A DNA stretch of 64,000 nucleotides from Candidatus Obscuribacteraceae bacterium (GTDB lineage: Bacteria; Cyanobacteriota; Vampirovibrionia; Obscuribacterales; Obscuribacteraceae), in contig JBGAHS010000003.1 in the NCBI GenBank assembly GCA_044226015.1, positions 576,001-640,000 on the forward strand, written 5' to 3'. The position numbers and the translations under genes are program-made. This document shows, one piece after another, positions 58,666 through 64,000 of this stretch. Each line of letters begins with the position of its first letter. Position 1 is the stretch's first letter. The notes beneath the pieces were generated by a model that saw nothing but the letters and a program-made list of their open reading frames with translations, ran no database searches and was not told the DNA's origin.

Positions 58666-60564
58666 ATGCCAACAAGTCTACCTGGCTCATTCTGGAGCCA
58701 TGTCTTCTCCAACCCTGATGGTCGAGCGGTGGTTCTCAAAAACCCGTTCGCCAACAGCGCACCTATCATCCTACCGGGCGGTCCCCCCATGGGCACAGGC
58801 GCTCATGTCATATTCCCGCCAGTGCTAACGCACATCAGCTGGGAGTCCGCTGGTCAAGCAGTAGCCAGCATCATGGCTTACCTGCGCCAGAACGGCTTCA
58901 AGAAGGGCGACCGCGCAGCGATCCTGGGATGGAACAGCCCCGAATGGGTCTGGGCCGACCTGGCTATCCAGAGCCTCGGCGGAGTGTCCATTCCCATCTA
59001 CCCCCACAGCGCTACCGAACAGGTCAACTACGTCTTGACCGATAGCGCTGCAAAGTTCACCTTCTCAAACGAAGATGAACAGCTGAAGAAGGTCAAAACA
59101 GGCAAAGCAGTTCACTTCGACCAGATTCCTCACGAACTGGCTTCGTGGCTGCCTGTGCGACCGTTCTACAAGTGGTTCGTTGCGAACTCGAGTCCCGAGC
59201 TAGCCGACAATCCTCTCTCCTGGCCTGGCGTCAAGCAAGAGCTGGAACAGCTGAGAGAAATTGTTGGCAAGCAGGGCTTCTGCGGCATCTCTGCGACGGA
59301 TCTCGCAACGATCATCTACACCTCCGGCTCAACCGGAGTGCCGAAGGGCGGCATGCTGACACACGGCAACATCGCCGCCGCTTGCACCGGGTTGGCTGCC
59401 CATGGATTCAAGCAAGACGCTGAGGACGACCTGTACCTCAGTTACCTGCCTCTGGCTCACGTCTATGAGCGCGTCGATGGCATGGCTATGAGCATCTGGA
59501 ACGGCATTCCTGTCGCCTTCTGCAAGGTCGATGAGGTCGGCGCCGCACTGAAGCTCTACCAGCCTACAATGCTACTCGGCGTTCCAGCCGTCTGGCGGAA
59601 AATCAAGGACAACATCGAAGCAAAGCTCAAGGAAGCAACGGGACTCAAGAAGTCCATTGCGGACTGGTCCTTCGCACAGAAGAAGCCTGGACTCAAACGA
59701 TTCCTCGCGGACTTGCTGGTATTCAGCAAGATTCGTGCCCAACTCGGTGGGCGACTCCGCATTCTCCTGTCTGGAGGTGCGCCGATTTCGCCTGATGTTC
59801 TCGAGTTCTTCAACCAGATTGGTCTGGAACTGCTGCAAGGTTACGGTCTGACCGAAACCGCCGGCGGTATCACAACCAATCGTCCCACCTGGATGCACGG
59901 TGTACAGGGACCGCGCAACAAGGTCGGCTCAGTGGGGCAAGTAGTGCCCGACTGCGAGGTGAAGATCGTGCCTGAACCCGGTGATACATCCGGCTCGGGC
60001 GAGATTCTGCTGCGAGGTCCGCTCGTGTTCAAGGGCTACTGGAACATGCCCGAAGAAAACGAGAAGACTTTCACAGCCGATGGCTGGTTCAAGACTGGCG
60101 ACCTCGGTCGTGTTGACGAGGATGGCTTCCTCTTCATCACGGGACGCAAGAAACGCCTGCTCAAGACCGAGGGCGGCAAGTATGTCGCACCGGAGAAAAT
60201 CGAGAAGGCGTTCGAGCCCTTCCCGATTGTTCAATATGCGGTTCCAGTCGGAGACGGCCGCAAGTACATTTCGGCTCTCGTCTTCGTCAATCAGGCAGTC
60301 GCGGAAAAGCTCGTGAGCAAGCCCGTTCCTGCAGGTGAAGATCGTGCCGCATTCTTCGCTGCTCAAGAAGAAGTGAAGAAGGCTGTAGCCGAAGCCGTCG
60401 AGGCAGTCAACTCGAAGCTCGAGCGCTGGGAGACCTTGAAGAAATTCAAGATCATCAGCCAGGAGGCTTCCGTCGCGAATGGCTTGCTGACACCGACGCT
60501 GAAGATTCGCAGCGAGGAAGTCGGCAAACGTTTCAAGCTCGAAATCGAATCTCTCTACGCGTAA
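58666..60564 (+). CDS. fadD: Long-chain fatty acid--CoA ligase (FadD15/Aas-like)
   Basis: YTSGSTGVPKG, SYLPLAHVYER, SGGAP, QGYGLTE, WFKTGDLG, GKYVAPEKIE, LLTPTLK; ATG 58666 after GGAG. Confidence 0.93.
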   Translation: MPTSLPGSFWSHVFSNPDGRAVVLKNPFANSAPIILPGGPPMGTGAHVIFPPVLTHISWESAGQAVASIMAYLRQNGFKKGDRAAILGWNSPEWVWADLAIQSLGGVSIPIYPHSATEQVNYVLTDSAAKFTFSNEDEQLKKVKTGKAVHFDQIPHELASWLPVRPFYKWFVANSSPELADNPLSWPGVKQELEQLREIVGKQGFCGISATDLATIIYTSGSTGVPKGGMLTHGNIAAACTGLAAHGFKQDAEDDLYLSYLPLAHVYERVDGMAMSIWNGIPVAFCKVDEVGAALKLYQPTMLLGVPAVWRKIKDNIEAKLKEATGLKKSIADWSFAQKKPGLKRFLADLLVFSKIRAQLGGRLRILLSGGAPISPDVLEFFNQIGLELLQGYGLTETAGGITTNRPTWMHGVQGPRNKVGSVGQVVPDCEVKIVPEPGDTSGSGEILLRGPLVFKGYWNMPEENEKTFTADGWFKTGDLGRVDEDGFLFITGRKKRLLKTEGGKYVAPEKIEKAFEPFPIVQYAVPVGDGRKYISALVFVNQAVAEKLVSKPVPAGEDRAAFFAAQEEVKKAVAEAVEAVNSKLERWETLKKFKIISQEASVANGLLTPTLKIRSEEVGKRFKLEIESLYA

Positions 60565-60671
60565 CCAGTACAGCATCAGTTAAGTCGACACGGGAGAGCG
60601 CAGGCATTAGCTTGCGCTCTCCTGGCGTTACCTCGATCGATGCATTCGGAACTAAAGAAAGGAGTCCAAAA

Positions 60672-61532
60672 ATGGCTCATTCCAATTGTCGCACGCCTGA
60701 CCGCAACTTCTGTGCGCCAGGCGGCAAAATCGCTGCACTGTTCGTTGACCTTGACGGCACCATGCTGGTCTGTCAACCATATTTCGACCAGGCGCACGCG
60801 AACTTCGCCCACTTCATGAAACTGCGAGGCTTCGACCCCAAAGAGGCTCTCAGCGTCCTGCACAATGTCGACCACTCCAACACCGAGCGAGCCGGCTTCG
60901 AGCGCGACCGCTTTGGCAAATCACTGGTCGAAGCGTATGAGCACATGCGCAAGTCCAAACGTCGCCGCTTCAAGGCGGAAGAAATAGAGAACGACCGCCA
61001 GATCTGTGAAAACATTGGTCGTGCTCCGTTTTTCCGCGAACCGGAGCTTTTCCCCAATGCTGCTGCGGTTCTCAGCCGAGCCCATCACAACTTCAAAATC
61101 ATCGCGGTAACCATCGGTAACCGCGAGGCTCAGAAGTACAAGGTACGGCAAGCTGGAATTCAGCGCGTCTTCGATGAACTCGTCATCACTTCACGCGATG
61201 ACAAAGAACAACTTGTTGCTCAGCTCATCAAGGACTTGAAAATCGACCCGCAGCTCTCCGCTTTCATCGGAAACAGCGTGCGAAGCGATGGTGCTTGCCT
61301 CGCGCACACCAATTTCATCTACCTGCCGCTGGAATCAGGCTGGTCTTTCGACAAGTCCGCGGCTCTGCCGAAGGATACTGGCTTCGAGACCATGCAGGTA
61401 GCTGATTGGCGCCAATGCGAAGAAAGTGCCATCAATCGACTCGTTCGCCGTCGCCGTCTCGCCATGGGCAATTCGGGACCTGTCGCTGTTATCACCGAGC
61501 AGCCCTGCTGCAAAGGTAAAAACGACACCTGA
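60672..61532 (+). CDS. HAD superfamily hydrolase
   Basis: Motif I VDLDGT, motif II VTIG, QKYK, motif IV IGNSVRSD; AAAGGAG RBS. Confidence 0.88.
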   Translation: MAHSNCRTPDRNFCAPGGKIAALFVDLDGTMLVCQPYFDQAHANFAHFMKLRGFDPKEALSVLHNVDHSNTERAGFERDRFGKSLVEAYEHMRKSKRRRFKAEEIENDRQICENIGRAPFFREPELFPNAAAVLSRAHHNFKIIAVTIGNREAQKYKVRQAGIQRVFDELVITSRDDKEQLVAQLIKDLKIDPQLSAFIGNSVRSDGACLAHTNFIYLPLESGWSFDKSAALPKDTGFETMQVADWRQCEESAINRLVRRRRLAMGNSGPVAVITEQPCCKGKNDT

Positions 61533-61568
61533 ATGAAAATTTGATTGCACGGTCGTGCATCAGTTTTC

Positions 61569-61612
61569 GTGAGGAAACACGGTCTTCGGACCCTGTTTCC
61601 TCCTTTTTCTCG
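61569..61612 (+). terminator. Terminator after the HAD gene
   Basis: GAGGAAACA-GGTC-TTCG-GACC-TGTTTCCTC followed by a T tract. Confidence 0.75.
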
Positions 61613-61758
61613 CGGCATCTACTACATCTATACATACGGTGACATTCGTAGCACATGTCACGAAGATTCTTGCAGAAATAATGGAGTTGCAAATTCGAGT
61701 AACTCAAGCCCGACTGGGAATGATATATTCGCAGTCGATCTATAAGCAGGAGTTTTCA

Positions 61759-63330
61759 ATGAAATTTCCAAGGTGCAGCGGCATTCTTTTGCATCCAACA
61801 TCTTTGCCAGGTCCCTACGGAATCGGCGACTTTGGGGAGGAAGCGTATCGCTTTGCAGATTTTCTTGCAGACTCTGGACAGCACCTCTGGCAATTATTAC
61901 CTCTGGCACCTACAGGATTTGGTGATTCTCCTTACCAGTGTTTCTCAGCATTTGCCGGAAACCCACTTTTAATTAGTCCCGATAAACTAGTCGAACATGG
62001 CTTGCTCGAAGAAAAAGATCTTCAACCTGTCCCACGGTTTTCACAAGATAAAGTCAATTTCGGCAAAGTAATCGAATACAAAAAGAAATTGCTTTTGCAA
62101 GCATATGAAAACTTCAAAACAACAACAGACACGGCTTTGCGCGCTGACTTCCTGGCATTCTGTCACAAGACTGCCGACTGGCTGGAAAATTATGCGCTCT
62201 TTCGCGTACTGAAGGAAGAGCACAATGGCTCACCGTGGAATCAGTGGGGAAAGGCTCTGGCTCTCAGAGATAAGTCCGCAATCGAGGAGGCAAGAGAACG
62301 TCACCTCGATGGAATAGAAGCCGAAAAATTTCTGCAATATCTGTTCTTTAAACAGTGGGCAGCTCTAAGAGAATACTGTCATTCTCTGAAGATTAGCATT
62401 ATTGGAGATACACCAATATTTGTCGCCTATGACTCTGCTGATGTTTGGGAACATCCAAATTTGTTTAAGCTAAATCAGGAAGGTGAACCACTGGTGGTGG
62501 CAGGTGTTCCACCAGACTATTTCAGCGCAACAGGGCAACTCTGGGGCAACCCTCTCTACGACTGGGAAGCGATGAGCAAAGACGGCTACAAATGGTGGGT
62601 GAACAGATTCAAAGCCATGCTAGACGTTGTTGATATTGTTCGAATAGATCACTTTAGAGGATTCGCCGCTTGCTGGGAAATTCCAGCGGGCGACAAAACC
62701 GCACAAAGAGGCCGCTGGGTGGAGGTGCCAGGTCGAGACTTCTTCAGCAAATTGAAGGAGGACCTTGGAGATGTTCCAATTATTGTGGAAGACCTTGGCG
62801 TAATTACTCCTGACGTAGAAGCATTGCGAGACGATTTTGCTTTCCCTGGAATGCGAGTTTTGCAAATGGCGTTTGGCTCAGACAGCTGCAATATCGACCT
62901 TCCCCACAATCATGTGCGCAACGCAGTTGTTTATTCCGGCACACACGACAACGACACAGCAGTAGGTTGGTTCAATTCCAAAGAAGGCGCCGGCTCGACT
63001 AGAGATGCCTCTCAAATTCTTCTTGAGAGACAGCGTTGCATGCGCTACTTCAAGAGTAATGGAAAAGAGATTCACTGGGATTTTATTGAAGCAGCGGCAT
63101 CATCTGTTTGTGATATTGCCATTGTTCCTCTTCAAGATGTTTTGGGACTGGGCTCAAAATCCAGAATGAATCTTCCTGCAAGCAATGAAGGAAACTGGTC
63201 TTGGAGATTTAAATCTGATTCACTCAATTCAGAAATCGCTTCGCGATTGAAAGACTTCGTTGTCTTCTATGGTCGCGACAATGCCTATGTACCAGCGACT
63301 ACACTGCAGCTGGCACGACAGTTCGCATAG
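61759..63330 (+). CDS. malQ: 4-alpha-glucanotransferase (amylomaltase, GH77)
   Basis: GILLHPTSLPG, DSPYQ, GVPPDYFSATGQLWGNP, RIDHFRG, EDLG, GTHDNDT, RMNLP. Confidence 0.96.
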   Translation: MKFPRCSGILLHPTSLPGPYGIGDFGEEAYRFADFLADSGQHLWQLLPLAPTGFGDSPYQCFSAFAGNPLLISPDKLVEHGLLEEKDLQPVPRFSQDKVNFGKVIEYKKKLLLQAYENFKTTTDTALRADFLAFCHKTADWLENYALFRVLKEEHNGSPWNQWGKALALRDKSAIEEARERHLDGIEAEKFLQYLFFKQWAALREYCHSLKISIIGDTPIFVAYDSADVWEHPNLFKLNQEGEPLVVAGVPPDYFSATGQLWGNPLYDWEAMSKDGYKWWVNRFKAMLDVVDIVRIDHFRGFAACWEIPAGDKTAQRGRWVEVPGRDFFSKLKEDLGDVPIIVEDLGVITPDVEALRDDFAFPGMRVLQMAFGSDSCNIDLPHNHVRNAVVYSGTHDNDTAVGWFNSKEGAGSTRDASQILLERQRCMRYFKSNGKEIHWDFIEAAASSVCDIAIVPLQDVLGLGSKSRMNLPASNEGNWSWRFKSDSLNSEIASRLKDFVVFYGRDNAYVPATTLQLARQFA

Positions 63331-63558
63331 ATATTGATTGCATTGCTTTCCAAAATCTATCTCATCTAAGCGCCGAAATCTACAACAAGATCATTCAAGC
63401 TCAGCCCACAGAGCCAATTTTCGAATTGGATCTATGGCTGAGCTGAGCGTAGCCCTGAGGGGGAGTATCCCCATATGTGCATATATCTGCTTGAAGTAGT
63501 CTGGACATAGTGGTTTGGAACCGTGGTCCTTCAGCCCCAAGGATGATGGGAGAATTTT

Positions 63559-64000
63559 ATGTCTGGATTTGAAGATAAGCTGAGTGCAAACACTCAGCAG
63601 AAGAATAATGTTGAGAGAAGCGAGCAACGCGAAGAACACGAACAACGAACAAATCTGTTGGATCTCGTCAACGACGTTCGCAAGGATAGCTCTCATAACA
63701 ATAGTGGGAAACTAACAAGGTCTGAATTAATTGGCAGTTTTGATAATCCTATAGCGCTCTCAACATACCTTGAGCATCGCGATGCCAGACAAAACAGAGA
63801 TACTTATTTCAGAGCAGGTGCAGCAGCAATAACTCGGTTTGGACGCACTGTGCTCGGTATGTCTGATGCAAGCTCTGCTTTCGAATCAGCACGAGCCTCT
63901 GGAAATGAGGGGCTTATGATCACCCTCTACAAAGCTGACAAAGAACAAAGAGAATTCGAAGAGAAAGTAGGAATTTACGGAAGCGCAGCGCTCAAAACAG
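63559..64000 (+). CDS. Hypothetical protein, N-terminal part; runs off the window end
   Basis: Not in the ORF track. Manual translation MSGFEDKLSANTQQKNNVERSEQREEHEQ... stays open to the end; GGGAGA RBS. Confidence 0.7.
   Translation, partial: MSGFEDKLSANTQQKNNVERSEQREEHEQRTNLLDLVNDVRKDSSHNNSGKLTRSELIGSFDNPIALSTYLEHRDARQNRDTYFRAGAAAITRFGRTVLGMSDASSAFESARASGNEGLMITLYKADKEQREFEEKVGIYGSAALKT

Overview
Gene-dense bacterial chromosome window with no rRNA, tRNA, CRISPR array, transposase or phage gene that I could find. Gene style (cyanobacteria-like MalQ and class V aminotransferase, no photosynthesis genes, a giant Gly-rich exoprotein, signal-less charged-N-terminus proteins) suggests non-photosynthetic Cyanobacteriota (Vampirovibrionia/Melainabacteria); this is inference only. 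Main content: a 3611-aa Gly-rich exoprotein followed by a MORN/SUKH-like protein; a thiolase plus multifunctional beta-oxidation pair with hydrophobic insertions, flanked by two atypical adenosine deaminase paralogues; two orphan ExbD genes; leucine dehydrogenase; a protein with about 11-12 MshEN-like motifs; a degenerate GGDEF protein; an ABCD/YddA-type transporter; a clostripain-like protein with a ~24-copy 21-bp coding repeat and no catalytic His; two patatins divergent from a long-chain acyl-CoA ligase and a HAD hydrolase; and MalQ. Blocks of strongly C/G-ending-codon genes alternate with ordinary genes, and several have long self-complementary 5' leaders. All calls come from motif recognition by eye; no searches were run.
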